Assembly: GCA_026026165.1 (NCBI GenBank)
Contig: JAPEUD010000003.1
Coordinates: 62,001-126,000 of the forward strand
Direction: 5' to 3'
DNA: 64,000 nt
Source of the DNA: Sarea resinae
Taxonomy: Eukaryota
How positions within the stretch are numbered: the stretch's first letter is position 1; every line of letters begins with the position of its first letter. Under the pieces are notes generated by a model. It was not told where the DNA came from, made no database searches, and saw nothing but the letters and a program-made list of their open reading frames with translations. The translations under genes and the position numbers were made by a program. This document shows, piece by piece, positions 24,800 through 38,466 of this stretch.

Positions 24800-26150
24800 A
24801 TCTGCGGACATTGCTTGAAGTCTATTTCTAATCAGGTCAATCGCAGCTTTTGATTATCTGGTCTGCTCACGTCTAGTGGGTCCTCAGGCATCGGATCCGA
24901 TCCTAAGACATTGCTCATATTTGTAGAGAGCGAAGCAGTGGTTTGACTTATGATAACATCTCTGTTATGCTCGAGACTGTAGATCGTTTTTGTACGATCT
25001 ACCAGTAGCCTTGCGGGCGCGGTAGAACTAGGAGATGCCTTTAACAAGGTCCAGTTGTTACACTTACCTTACCTAGGACAAATGACTCTTCTAGAAAACC
25101 CTACATCTTAACAGTGGAAGGAAATGGCAGCTCTTATGACCTGATAGATACTTATGGTCTGCAGGTTTGACCTAGAAATTTACAGATGTTTTCACATAGA
25201 TCAAGGCATTGCGGATTCTATATCAAGGATAATTGCTAAGATCATTTATAAATTCCTATATAAAGATTTTGAGGCTTTCTTGATAATAGATCAACTCACT
25301 TGATAAAGTTAGTGGGAGGAACTGTGTAATGGGTTTCTTGAGTAAGGTAACGTAGTTTACTGCTTGTTTACCAAAGATAGCCAGCATTCGAGACCTCTGT
25401 GTCCCACTACTCTCTGTGGATGTTCATCATCCGACCGGACCGTGTCAAGGGCATTTCGAGCCAAGCTTTCCTCACCTCCAATCCTCAGACTCAGCCGCTT
25501 TTGAAGCGGCTTATTGCCCCTTCTAAGCGTCTCTTTCAGCCCGTTACGTGGCATGATCCTCATTATTGCACCCTTCGCCGACGTTTTGTCGCACGCACAA
25601 GGGGACGGCTCAGGCGATCGGTTCCCTCGCGACGGCTCCGATGTTCGGATCCGACTTTCGTTTATGGGACGCGCATCCATGTCTTGACCGATCGTCGATT
25701 GCGGGCTGACGTGCCCGAGCCGTCTAAGCGTGCAGAAGAAATACTGAGACGTTCCTGAAGCCTACCTAGGTACCTACATGACAGTGTGGATAGATGCAAT
25801 GGCCGAACGACCTCAGAAAAGGCGGAGTCGGAGTGAAGCCGGGTAACCAAAATTGCCAGCCATAGCTACAGACTAGACAAAGAAGAGAAATCGCCTCTAC
25901 GAGGTAATACTACAGTAGAGGAAGACATGGGGAGACATATTAACGGCGGAGAATAGATTATGTGAAGAGTACCTCAAGTACGCTCTTTGTACAAAAACAA
26001 CAGAGTCAGCAGCGCTTTCTCCTCTTTCTACAGCCTATTATTAAGACTATGCTGTTAAAGGGAAAAAGGGCAAATGCATATGCGCTGAGGAGAAAGTCTG
26101 TTCTAGAGATATACTTTAGTAAAGTCCTGCTACAAACAATCACCCGGACC
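24800..26150. other. Degenerate, partly AT/TpA-rich region (possible RIP-affected relic or pseudogene)
   Basis: 24800-25360 and 25860-26140 are TA-rich with frequent stops in all frames, flanking a more GC-rich core; no recognisable domain. Confidence 0.4.
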
Positions 26151-26658
26151 AGGGTGATGCATTACCTTCGTAGAGTGCCAGATCTCCGACTGAGCTCGGG
26201 GCAGACTTCTGTCGCCTATATTGCCAAGCCTGGGCGAGACGCCATATAGCCGCGATCGATACGGCGATAAGGGTCTGTCGCCTCATCCACGAATCCCGCT
26301 CAAGCACCTGCAGCATACAGTTGGTACCAAGTACAGCATGCAGGGCACAAACTAAAACCTGAATGGTCCCTGATCTCGTGCAGCAAATACGAGAGGCGCA
26401 TTCACTCGCGATCGTTGAAAGAGTCTCGCATTCGCAGCAGCGTAGAATTTTGTATTCGATAGATAAAAGGTATCAGGCCGTAAATCGTGCTTCTATATTG
26501 TGTGCAACCTGATACGAGGTAGCGACGGGCGTATTCTCACGAACAATGGAACGTCTGCGGTCATAAAAATGAGGAAACGCCTTATTCCAAACACCCACAG
26601 CTCTGCTCCTCCTCCTTCTGCTCTTCGCCCTTCAACGAGCCCCTCGTTATCCTTGCTT

Positions 26659-27450
26659 TCAAAGATTGCTCTTCTTAGGGAAGAGCACCCCTTCGACCGC
26701 CGCGTTATCCGTGAACCAACTGACCCTCTCCGCACCGCCTTCGTTGACCAATCCACATGGTAGTCCTTGGCCTTCCTCGGTATCAAAGATCTCCCTCATA
26801 ATGTCCTTCTTCCCGCCACCAGTGGCAACAAATGCGATCTTAATACCATGTGTAACGACCGGCAACGTCAATGTTATTCTGTTCGGGGGCGGTTTTGGCG
26901 AGTCGCTGATGGGCGCGACCCAGGCATCGGTTTCGCGCAACAGAGGGTGATTAGGGAAGAGACTGCAGGTGTGGCCGTCAGGGCCACTTCCGAGGAGGAG
27001 CAGGTCAAAGATGGGAAGCTTGACGCTATCCTTTGCGGCGAAAGACCTGACGAGCGTCTGTTCGTATTGATCCGCCATCTCTTGTATATCTTCAAGATAT
27101 TCGACATCTATGGTGTTGACTTTGGGCTTTCCAAGATCCTCGGGGATCTTGTCGAGCAATTCGTCCTTGAGAAGCTTGTAATTGCTGTCCTCATGATCTA
27201 GCGGCGCCGCACGCTCGTCTGCAAAGAAAATCTCCCATTTGTCGAAAGCGACCGTGTCTTCTGGCGTGCCGTTACCGGGCGGCAGAAGGGCTTGTGCGAG
27301 GGTCTTCGGTAATGATCCGCCCGAGACGGCCAATTTGAAGACGCCATGTCGCTCGAAGCCCGCATTCTGGCATGCGATCACATAAGTGCGCAGGGCTGGG
27401 GCCAAGGCCTTGACGTCGGCGAAAGAATAGAGGGTTGGTTGTTTGCCCAT
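26659..27450 (-). CDS. SOL3: 6-phosphogluconolactonase (SOL/PGL family)
   Basis: 263 aa; AVSGGSLP, FFADER, SNY, FDLLLLGSGPDGHTCSLFP, DSPKPPPNRITLT motifs. Confidence 0.95.
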   Translation of the reverse strand: MGKQPTLYSFADVKALAPALRTYVIACQNAGFERHGVFKLAVSGGSLPKTLAQALLPPGNGTPEDTVAFDKWEIFFADERAAPLDHEDSNYKLLKDELLDKIPEDLGKPKVNTIDVEYLEDIQEMADQYEQTLVRSFAAKDSVKLPIFDLLLLGSGPDGHTCSLFPNHPLLRETDAWVAPISDSPKPPPNRITLTLPVVTHGIKIAFVATGGGKKDIMREIFDTEEGQGLPCGLVNEGGAERVSWFTDNAAVEGVLFPKKSNL

Positions 27451-29637
27451 CGTGATGGATGTGAATGCGCCGAAGCGTCAAAGTGGGGTCTATCGATAAG
27501 AGTGACGCAAGAAAGAATATGTAGATGGAATGATGGGGCGAGTCTATGAGTATGAACGATTGAATCAAGTGTCAGAGCGGGCGAGGAAGAAATTGGGAGG
27601 GATGTTGGATGAAGTGGCTTCAGCCGCGAATAGAGAAAAGTGACGTTGCTGCAGAAAGTGGTAAGGTGGCTGGTGGGCTGGTGTGGGCGTGGTGGGCGTG
27701 GTGGGCGTGGTGGGAGAGGTAAGAGTGGTGGAAACGAGAGATAGAGTGGAGAGGAGAGGGGTGGAGCGGCCTGTACTGCGTAAGCGGTCAAACGAAATGT
27801 GCGTGCAGTGCGTGCAGTGCGTGCTCGTACTCTAGAGCACCTTAGCAGTATGCAGGTGTTCGTGTGTATCGATCGGTGAGGTTAGGCAGAAAAATGAACG
27901 GAGATTATTCGACGATTTGATAGGACACGATGGGTCGTTCCGCTGATCGTCACCGGGTGGGCAGATTGATGCTTCCCGTCCCCTCTGATTATTGACCGGC
28001 GGAAGCAACGCAGGGCAGTACTACTCACTCATTTACTCGTCACGACCGAGTACGGAAATCCCGTCTCCCCCAATAGTGTAGTGTAAGGTCGGCTAAGGCG
28101 ATATCGATTGAACAAATCGACCCGGATAACAGCTGGAGGATCGTTGGCGCTGCAAGAGATGAGGTAAATAATTGCAGACGCATCCATGGATACAGCCCGA
28201 TGGGGCACTGGGTACAAGGTACCTACAGTAGGCTACTGCCTACCTTGCGTCAGTAGGTACTTTTACCTCCAATAAGGTACCTAGGTACCTTAGATACCTA
28301 GAGTAGGTATGACGATCACCTACCTCATCTCAGCCAGACATCGGGCTATGACATACCTGAGACGGAGACCCATGGACATCATGGGCATCATGGGCATCAT
28401 CAGCCTTGATCAGGTAAAGTACCTACCTACCTACCTGACCTACAACCCTCAGCGAGAACAATACCATACTCGAGTAGAAGCAAAACATATCAGACCCTAG
28501 TGAACCTTGGAACCTGAACCCCTACGCCACACCAACAGCCACCATATACCTACCTTATCTACCTACCTTACCCTGCCGAATCCTCACGTTGAAGCTTGAA
28601 ACCTGCAAGCAGGTTGAGGTGACGGGCTGTGCGTACTTATACCTTAGTAGTAGTGCGGATACATACAGACCTACCTCCTATCTACCTTACCATACCTAAG
28701 GTACCTAGTCTCTTACCCCTCTCTCTCCCCCTCCCTACATCTCATGCAACGTGTGATGCATCAAATGCCATGCCAAGCAACGGCCTCTGCCCTGCCTGTG
28801 CGAACAATCCGCAGTAGAGGGAAAGCAAAAAGCTAGCGGTCGAGCACAGCCCAGCGGACGCACCAGCACGTTCAGGTCACGAGAACCAGCCATGCCCGCT
28901 CTCACAATTGTTTGCCCGTCATCCATCCGTATTGTGTAGCGATAGTGATCATATACATAGTCTCATTTCCAATCTCGGTCCCGAGCGGCTGCCCGCCCCG
29001 TTGCTTATCCCGCCCGGTTTCTCCAGCCCTCAGCACAATAATGTAGGCACATAAGAAGAGATGCCCCATGCATTGAGAGCGCACACGAGCCTTCCATGTG
29101 CCAACACACGTGCCACAGCACAGCACGTGCCTAGCTGAAAGATAGTAGATACCGATCTAGGTACACGGTACCCAAGGCATGTACGGAATAGTCATACAGT
29201 AGAGTAGTACTCCGTACTAAGGCACTCCTGATGAGTCTGTCTGGCTGATAGCCTAATCTAGGTACCGTGCACAGAGTAAGCTTGAAAGAACAGTAATTTA
29301 GAAGCTCGCCCTACGAAACAATGGCGGCGGCCTCGAAACATTCCCGTCCTAATCTCCACTCTTGATCCTTGTCCTTGTTTTCAAGTCCGGCAGGTCACTC
29401 GCCGCTGCCGGTACATATTCGAGACTGTGGTTGGACCGGCAAAATTCTTCTCATAAAATCAATGAAATGGAAAAGTTTAGGAGCACTCTGATCTGGATGG
29501 CATCATTCCATGATTGTTCATCGTGTAGACATCTCGCTGTGAATAGAAACAGCCTACAAACGCCTAAAATCGACTGAGATACAAGAGATACAGGAGATAC
29601 AACAAATCCCCCATCCAGAAAACCGCGGTCCTCCCCT

Positions 29638-32182
29638 CTAATACCACGTCCCATTCGCAGGTCCAAAATAGCCCCGAGCTGGCAACTGCTTCCAAGGCAG
29701 CCCCTTGCCATCCGCCGTGTTCTGATACACAGTATTCCCCCACCACTGCGGAAATACGCCACCAGGGTAACTGATGCACAAGAAGATGATCAGACCCGAA
29801 ATCGCCAGTCCCGTGTCAAGAGCAGCGGCCAAGACATAATTGTACTTCATCCACCAAGAGAAATAGCGCTTATAAATGATGTGATTGAAGATGAAGTTGA
29901 CGAGCGCCCACGACGAGTAGTTGATGCCCGTCGCGGGAGGCACGTTGTAGGTGCCGACGAAGATAAGGGGCCAATTTACTAAGGACCAGAACTTGTGGCC
30001 TGTCTTTTTCCAGAGAAACCAAGTGATAATGGGCATCAAGGCGCCGATCCAGAAGAAGTGGAGGAGAGACGAATAGATCTTGCCAATGGAATACAATCGC
30101 TTGGGTCCGATAGCGCCCCAGATCACTGAAGATGAAAAGACTGTAGCTCCGTTGGGGCAGGAGAAGCCGTCGGATTGATCAGAGCTGCAGACGTCCTTGA
30201 CGTGGCCCAACATCCATGTAGTAACGCCCATTTGCGTCAAGGCGCCCAATACCTACATTATGTTAGAACCAGATAGCTGAAATCAGCCGGGACGGAGCTT
30301 TCGACGTACAGTTGCGCTTCCCTGGGCCCAGAAGAGAGTCCTGGGAGGAATTTTGAGATAATGGCCCAGCTTCATATCCTGCATAAAGAACAAAGCTTGT
30401 CCGACCACATCCTCAGATAGAATCTTGAAGCACATATTGGCAAGAGGACGACCAGAGAACATGTAGCCACCTATGAACTCAGCAAGAACATTCAGCTGAT
30501 TGGCGTCGACGTTGGTTACTCCTTGAATGAAGCCGCAAGGAACAATATAAAGCGCAGGTATTATGAAGGCAAGAATAACGCCGTAGACTGGTAGCTTCGT
30601 GTGGTAAATTTCCATTGTTACGATCGAAAGGGCACCGATAAGAGTTGTAAGGATGAAATACCAGTATCGTGGAGTTTTCTGGTAAACACGCATTAATCGG
30701 GCATGGATGTCGAGTTTTCTGTTTCCAGTCCAAGCTCCCTTGATCTCCTCCCAATGCATCAGATAAACGTGTACTGGAACAGCAGTGAGTGAAGCAAATG
30801 ACAAGCCATACACAAACGCGAAAGATGCTCCTAAGAAAGGGGGGGAGTAATTGGCATATGCCTCAGCATTCAGTGTCATATCAGGGTTCATGACGCGAGA
30901 AACATTGTAGGCCTGGCCAGTGTTGTCATAAACATCATCAGTCATGAGTGGAAGATAGGCCGTGTACCACGTGTTACTGTAGTAGATACCTGGGACCACG
31001 ATCCAGAAGAACATTGCAAATCCAGCAAAAACATTGAGAGCTGAGAGGTTGTTGACTGTCAATGATGATTCATCCCTAGCAAGGAGAAAGACTTACCAGC
31101 CCATGATGGGGAGAGAAGAGGATTCGTATTGAATGCCACTTGGCTCCAATCAAATGTGATCGGACTCAAGCCAAGTCCTGTCACCATCCCAAAAAGATGG
31201 TTGACGACCAGATGATTAGGCAGGATCCAGCAGAGCCATGTGAAGTAACTCAAGCCCGTGAAGATCAAGCCAGGAAAGAAGTACCACACAAAGGCTCCAG
31301 CCATGACATACATGAAGAAGCGAAGACGTGTAATTCTCCAACCATTGGCCACAGCATTTGCGCGCGAGTGCAGCGTGTTGAGCAGTGCGCAATTGGAGAG
31401 AACACCAGGCCAGATGATGCTTGGCGGCTCTACACAGTAAGGGGCGGCCAGTCCCGCAACTCCAAACCCGAGAAGCTGAGCGCACATTACAATCAGGATC
31501 GAGAAGCCGGCTCTAAGCGGGAAGCCGTAGAACTGTTTCGACGACATTTGTATGATGTTCGTCGAGTCGGCGCTTCCATACCCGTAGGAGACGTTGGCCA
31601 TGATGGTAATGACGGCATGCTCTTTGATGTTAAAATGCCGGTCGGGATTGATGCACCATTGACCAAGAGGGCCAAAGCTGATAGTCCAGATGGGCAAGAC
31701 CTTTGCAAGGAAAACTCCACATGGGAAGGCGAGTAGCTCAGCGACCAGCGAGACAATATGAACTGACGGATATCGCAAAGAAAAGAATTGGTTGACGCCC
31801 GTACCGATCTAGGGAAGCTGCCATTAATTGAGGTATCTTTTCGGGCACATGAATTCTTCATTTCATTCGCATACCATGGTGAAGATGATGCCGATGATCC
31901 ACATTCGCAGTGTACTGACTGGCATCTGGGGATCATCGACTTCAGGAACCACCGCGCGCACTAACAGACCCGTAAGCTCCTGAAGAGTAGAGATCAAGTA
32001 GATATCTCACCAGCTGGATATGGCGAATGGTCGGATTCCACCTCTTCGATAGTCTCATCCACAAGGACCTTCTCCATGTCAACTTCTATCTCCTCCATTT
32101 GGCCATGTTCCACCTCGATATCCAGCTGATCGGCAGGCTCAGTCGTGAGCTTTCCGATATCTTTTTTCTCCATAGTCGACAT
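29638..32182 (-). CDS. OPT-family oligopeptide transporter (Isp4/OPT-like); 5 exons
   Basis: SPYPAVRAVVPEVDDP motif across intron 31961-32010; NPDRHFNIKEH, DMKLGHYLKIPPR, VIWGAIGP, KYNYVLAAALDTG, WWGN motifs. Confidence 0.95.
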
Positions 32183-33268
32183 CTAGGCTCCTGAAACGCA
32201 GAGTTGAAGTAAAGAGTCCCAGGAGATCAAAGAGATCTAAGGAATCAGAAAGAGAAGACATCACATTGATTTGGGACAAAGTCGAGCGTTCATTGGATTG
32301 GAAGGTGGCTGCAGACAACGCGGACGATCCTTGCTTGCCACCACGTTATCGCTATCTGAGCCTGTTGGGGGCTGCATATCATCATCCATGTCGCACCGCC
32401 TTATCTTCTGAGCAGGACAATCATCGACAAATGGACATCGCCGGTGAGAGCCTGCGAGATAGAGTACAGGTACTCCACAGAGTAGATATCCTGGATAAAT
32501 TGAGGCCAAGTAGAATGCGATGGGGAGATCCTTATCAGACTGATTTGGCGCTGTTGGACGTTTTGTTTACACCATCTAATCTCCCTCGCCTATGAGCCGT
32601 TGGCCTAGGCCTCAGGCCAAATATTGCAGCACATATCAACCTCTAGGATGGCGGACTGGACCGGCACGAACTGTTACAGCACCCGACAATCTAAATTTGA
32701 GAGCGGACAATTCTTCCTGTACGGACAAGCCTCTAGCATGGCCCTCACAACGTCGTATCATTGATCAAATCAACTGTAGTCCCTTGCTGTTTTACAGCTT
32801 ACGCTAAGGTTGATTACAGTCACTACTGACTACTATGGTCTCAAGAGGGAGATCAGATGTGCGATATCAAGAGGTATACTAGTAGGAAAAATCAAAAAGC
32901 AAGCTTCGTATATGCTTGTCCTATCCCGATCTAGTATATCCTGTCATGTTGGTATCTACCTACAAAAATCAAGCCACCCCCCCTGAGACAAAAAGGAGAT
33001 AATAAGAAAAGAAAAACAAACTGAAATAAAGGAGAGTAGAGAAGAACAAGAGGGGAAAAGAATTCCATTACTCCATGCATGCCACAAATGAGACGATGTC
33101 GATCGTCCGAGAACTATCCACCCCTACTACTAACGGATTAATCATATCCAGTCTATTGTTCGAAAAGCCCGAAGAGTGAGGGAAAACAAAGTAAGGCAGT
33201 CAGTCAAACGCAGATATACGAAACGGCAACCGAGCAACAAAACCTCTATCCAAGCCTCGGACACAATA

Positions 33269-36200
33269 TCACACCCTATCAGCGGCGAAATCCAAGACCT
33301 CGCAATCGTCCTCGAAAAAGCCCTCTTGCTCCTCTATCACCTGCCCGTCAGCACCAACGTTGTCGCCATTAGTCCTGACTCGCTTCCTCCTCCGCGTAGT
33401 AACGACGATTTGTTCAACCTCCTCATCACCGTCACCGCCCTCGCGCAATTTCATAGTGTTCTCCATCCTGTCTGGTTCCAGTGACGAAGCTCCATTGCTA
33501 TCGATGTTGAGGTCCTCAGAGGAGGACTCAGGAACCGTAGGTCCGACATTGATCTTAGTGGCAGGAATAGCCTCTCCAAAGACCCAGGGCGTAGCGTCAT
33601 TTTCGTCGGTGTGGTGGATGTTGATTATCTCAGCTGAGGACTGGTCTTCGTGATCCGAACGTAATAGATCGCCTGATGGCCAACGAGCAGAAGGCGGCTG
33701 ATTGTAGACATACAATCCGATACGTCGATCGGTGTGGAAGGGCTGATAAGGGGGATTGGTCTCTATCTCAGCGTACGAGAGTGGATGCGGGTTGCTCTTG
33801 GCAGCACCAGCGACAACAGTGTCATTGACATGTCCGATTGGAGAACGCAGATTCCAGAATCCTTCAAGAGCATGCCTGCCGTTCTCGGAATTTCTATTAT
33901 TGCCAGTGCGAAGCCGGTCTAACACAACAGGAGCGATGATCTCATCAGGTATGGCCAATAGGCCAAACTCAATGGGCATGGCACCCGCAAGGGATTGACG
34001 GCGATTTGACTTTCCCGTGGCAATCGCACGTTGTCTTGCAGGGTATATACGCAGCATACCGCCTCCAACAATGCCGATACATCCATTCTCTTTTCCTGTC
34101 AACCATCGGACGCAGCCAGGAGCGACCCTGTTTGACGCCCCCGGAAGGTGGAGTCGGTTGTCGGCAGCATTCCGGAGATGATTGACTGTCCCGGTAGCTG
34201 CGCCTAGAGATTTACTGAACCCCGCTGCTACGTATTTGCCACCTTTCGCGCCAGCAGCGGATGTGATACTCAGACCTCCCATACCAGAAAGGTTAGTACC
34301 CAGACTCGAGCGTCGACCTTTGACAGCCGCAAAAAGAGGCTGTGTCTTGCCGTTGAGCATATTTATTGCTGCACTGACAGCGTTTTCGGATGTTTCGGCA
34401 TTCTTTTTCTGATTGCTGGCATCGCCATCGCCAACTTGACTTGGTGACTTTGCGGTTCGTACCACCCGACGTGGCGGAGGCCATTGAAATGCACTTCGCG
34501 GAAGTTCAAACACGTGGATCGTGCCTTTCTCCGTGACAATAGCGATAGAGTCGCCCCTTGGAGACTTCCAAGAAACATCGACTATGCTCGCAACCGTCAT
34601 CCGAGTGTACCTTGCAATTTGGCGAATAAGAGGACCTTGACGAGAGCCTTCCGCTGTATCAGGCGCTGAGTCACTACTTATCATTGCCCTGGAATGAGCC
34701 ATTCGCATTAAGTCCCAAATAAATTGGACGTCACCCTTCTTGCTCGCCGTGAGTAGTGCTAGACCTGTAGGCGAGAAAGAGACAAAACTGCAGCCAAATG
34801 GAGCTGGGAACGTTGCCGTTGCATCTATGCTTGTTCTTGACTTAGCCTTGGGAGAATCCATGACTTTCTGGAGGTCGAAGATCGATACTACAGCCTGTTC
34901 GCCACCGTCTTGGGTAGCTTGATTGGAGTGTGCGTGCGTTGGGGGAAAGTATTGTGCAGCATTTTGTGGTGGAAGTCGACTATCATCGCGTGCTTGAGGG
35001 AAACCATTGAGCATTCGAGTTTGATCATTGGGCGGCGAAGACTTGTTCCAATAATTTCTCCAAGCCTGCTTTCCTTGATCTCCAACCCATCGAGCTCCCT
35101 TGATAACCTCTTGGGTTACTCCGCGTGCCATACGATTGAAGAGGCTTTCGCCTTCAGGAGTTTCAACAGTACAGTTAGTTTGAGGCTGTGAAGGAGGAGT
35201 GTGCGAGTCGAAACCTGGCGGTTTCACTTGGGACTGTGCGAGAAATCCTTGCCCGTTAAGAGATGAGTAATTCGACGGAGATGGCGGGACAACAGCAAGC
35301 CAGCGATGACTGAGGGAGAAAAGCGGTGCTGCAACCTGGCGGACCCCTGCAACAGGATCCTCACAAATGTTGTCTGCTCCAGCCGAGCTCGACGAACTAG
35401 AATGGCTATCTCGATTTCGTGTTTGAGTGGCTGTCCAGACCTTGCCCAAACATCGAAAGCCCGAGGACGAGCTACCATCGTAAGGCTGGCCAACTCCGTA
35501 GATAAACACTTCACCGCTCGACCCGGAAGCAATTACTACAAACCGCCCATTCGCATCCACGGTAAGATTTCCAATAGGTGGGGGAGGTGAAAAGAGCGGG
35601 CTGGTAATAGGATTTGAAATCGGGATAGCTGGTGACGAGAAAAGAGTCACAACGTGCTCCCTATTGCTCAAACAATATACCTCAACCGTGGTCTGATAAT
35701 GCGTGATTTCTTTGGCAGGTTTGCTTGCAGTTGGTGAGCCGCCGGAGGGCGAACGACCGGGACTCGAATCGGGCTCATCTTGTTCGATGTCGCTTCGTTC
35801 CACAGCTGCCGACTCATCCTCTTGAGGGTCCTCAGGGATCACCGGGCCATGGATGATCAGAGCCACGAGCGGTCTCAGAGAAACAAAGGGGTCGTCCTGA
35901 GCCGTCCATGCTAGTATCTTAGCATCAATGACTCCGCCACGAAGGCCTCGTATCTTAGCTACCGTTTCAAGCTTTTCCTGTTCGACCTTGAATATATCAA
36001 AGCCACCTTCCGATCCCACTAGGAGGACGTTCTCTGCACTTTCCGAAGCCGAACGACCTGACGTCCCTAAGGTATCAAAACCGCACATGTATCCATTCTC
36101 TCCCGGCATCAAGGTGGCTACCGACTCGCCTGGTAAATCAAGGTCGATTTCGGGAGCGCCATAGAAGTGTGCTTGAGGTTGATGTGGCAGTGGTGGCTGC

Positions 36201-36852
36201 GAAGCCCACGCACCCATCTGCGGATGCTGGGAATGCATCGAGGTCCGTCTTCCTGGTGACTGCCGAAATGATGGCTGAAAGTGATTGTCAAAACTTTGGT
36301 AGGTTTTGGGGTGACTCAGAGGTCTAGAGTTCCTCCCTGATGGGGACGTCGAGGGCGACGCATTGTGAAAGCCTCCCTCCCCAAAGGAGAGCGGCAGATT
36401 CGGTGGCGAGCCACTTATGCTGACCCCATTATTTGGAACAACAGGTTGAGAGTTAGGGAAGAATGGTAAGGACTTGGCCCATTCGCTAGTGTGATAGGCC
36501 GCGGAGTTGTTATTGACTGCTCCGACTGTACCAAGAGCGTCGAGTAGAGGGGAGGTTGGAGGGCGGTGGCGAGCAGGGAGTAAAGATGGGGGAGATTTGG
36601 TTCTATAAAATTGATATCAGCGACTCGTCCCATGAATGGCCCAAGGCAGAAAAGGCCCTACATCTCTCTCGGATAGATCCTGCTCAAAGCCGAACCAGTA
36701 TTCTGTTCACCAGGTCGCTCAAACTTCTTCTTCCTGTTGCGACCTCGGGGTTGACCTCCTGCTAAACGACTGGTTTGTGAAGGTTGGTAATGAGGCCCTA
36801 AATTTGGGTACGGGTGACTGTGGCCGGCCAACTCGTCGGACGAAGCGGGCAT
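33269..36852 (-). CDS. BCAS3-like / PROPPIN-related WD40 beta-propeller protein
   Basis: The 989-aa ORF frame stays open upstream to a phase-2 GT-AG intron (36603-36661) that joins ATG 36852. Motifs SFVSFSPTGLALLTAS, IARYTRMTVASIVDVSW, KGTIHVF, AEIETNPPYQPFH. Confidence 0.82.
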
Positions 36853-38466
36853 TCAAACAACTTTCGAAGAGATTCACAGATCTTCGTCAAAGAGGCTGAC
36901 TATGATTCGGAAGGAAGAAGAATCGACGTGTAAAGATATCGATTGTAAAGCGGTAAGTTTGAGGGGTGACGTTGGCGACTGAAACTAGGGCGTTTACTGC
37001 GTCACGAAGCCGCCTCGGTGGCCCCGTGCAAGCTCTCGTGTGTCCTGTTCGTCTTGCGGCAAGCTGCGCTCGCCTTTGATCTGTCTAGTGACTAGCAGGA
37101 CGGGGATCATATATCTCGAGCCGTGTCCTTCAGTAGCAGCTCTCTGCGTTTGTGGTGTCTGCTCAACCGCACAAGCCCGTACCTGGATTGCCGGGATGGT
37201 CAGATTCCCACCGATATAACCACAGCTCTCAGAGTGAGTGCCTGATCGATATGTACAAACCCGATCGGCGTACAACAATGCGATCAACCTGACACGTCGT
37301 GGATTTTGCACAAATGAATGATGCCTAAAACAATTGGAGAGGTAGTTGGAGATATATAAGAGCTGTTGTTGACTTGGGATGATGATGAGGTATTATGAGG
37401 TTAGTACATGCAATAGTATTGGGGGGGAATGGTTGAGGTAGGTAGCTGCTCCGTATCGTCACTCGTCTCTATCAACAGTGGCGGCGAGGGGGAGCTCGAG
37501 CGTACTCCCTGATGTAGTTGCTGCGGTTGGTGAGGGGCAGAGAGGGTATCGGTACAGGCCGAATGCATCAGGACAGGAGTAGGAGTACCGGATCTCCCAC
37601 CGCGATGATGCTGCCTATCTCGTACCGAGTACTGCTCTCCTAATGCTCCCGAAGGGGATCGGCAGAGCGCAGTGGGCCGTCAGAGTGACCGGATGCGGGG
37701 TACCCTACGCTCTGGGCTACCTACCAGAGTACGGCGGTACGACCTTACCTGAGCTGGAGGTCACCTCAGCTGGAGGTCGCGGCCTCCATCCACGCCCACC
37801 TGCCCAGTGGGCACATCCATGGATCCGTATGATGGCTGATGACTAATACCATCTCACTTTCAGTGTCACTCGGCCTACTTCGTAGTCTGTAGTACTGCTC
37901 CGTATCACGGTCGATACAGAACAATTGCATGACCCGTATCATCCATCGCGGCAGACCTTGTCGGATGCCCAGCCAGCGTGGCTTTCCCAAGCACTGCTTG
38001 AGTCATCGGGCTCTCCTTTTATAGCTTCCATTCACCTGCGCCGGTCCATGTTTACTCTAATCGTCAACAGACTTCCTGTCGTGACGCTGTTTTGATACCT
38101 TTGCTCTCATGCGATCCTGGGTCGGCGACAGAACAATGTCATTTACGGTGATAGTGCTAGTGGCGATCGTCAGCAAGTTACCTCACACAGCCACACGAAG
38201 GCGCTCAGTCGAAAGCGATTATCCAACTTGTGCTGATTCGAATGGCATTCCTTTATCCTGCATATACTTCTTCGACAGAGTGAAGGGCCTAGGATCAGGT
38301 TCCCCTGATCGATTTCTTCGTATCATTTGTTGGTACATGGAGGTATCTTCAGACTTGTTCTGTAGATATTACTCCGCGACGAAAGAGAAACTCCTGACAT
38401 CCGCAACCCATTTCCTGTGCATTCTTGACCTCTTTTGCCCGACAACGAACGCGCCAAGTCGCATTT

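Noticed and set aside
20421..26145. 7-bp inverted match (CGGGTGA / TCACCCG) at the edges of the TF-NmrA island as TIRs
   Set aside because: Too short, does not extend, and no target-site duplication is evident; expected by chance.
28200..28720. Dense TACC/GGTA/AGGTACCT motifs as a structured element
   Set aside because: The same low-complexity motifs recur in many intergenic regions of the window, with no defined unit or boundaries.
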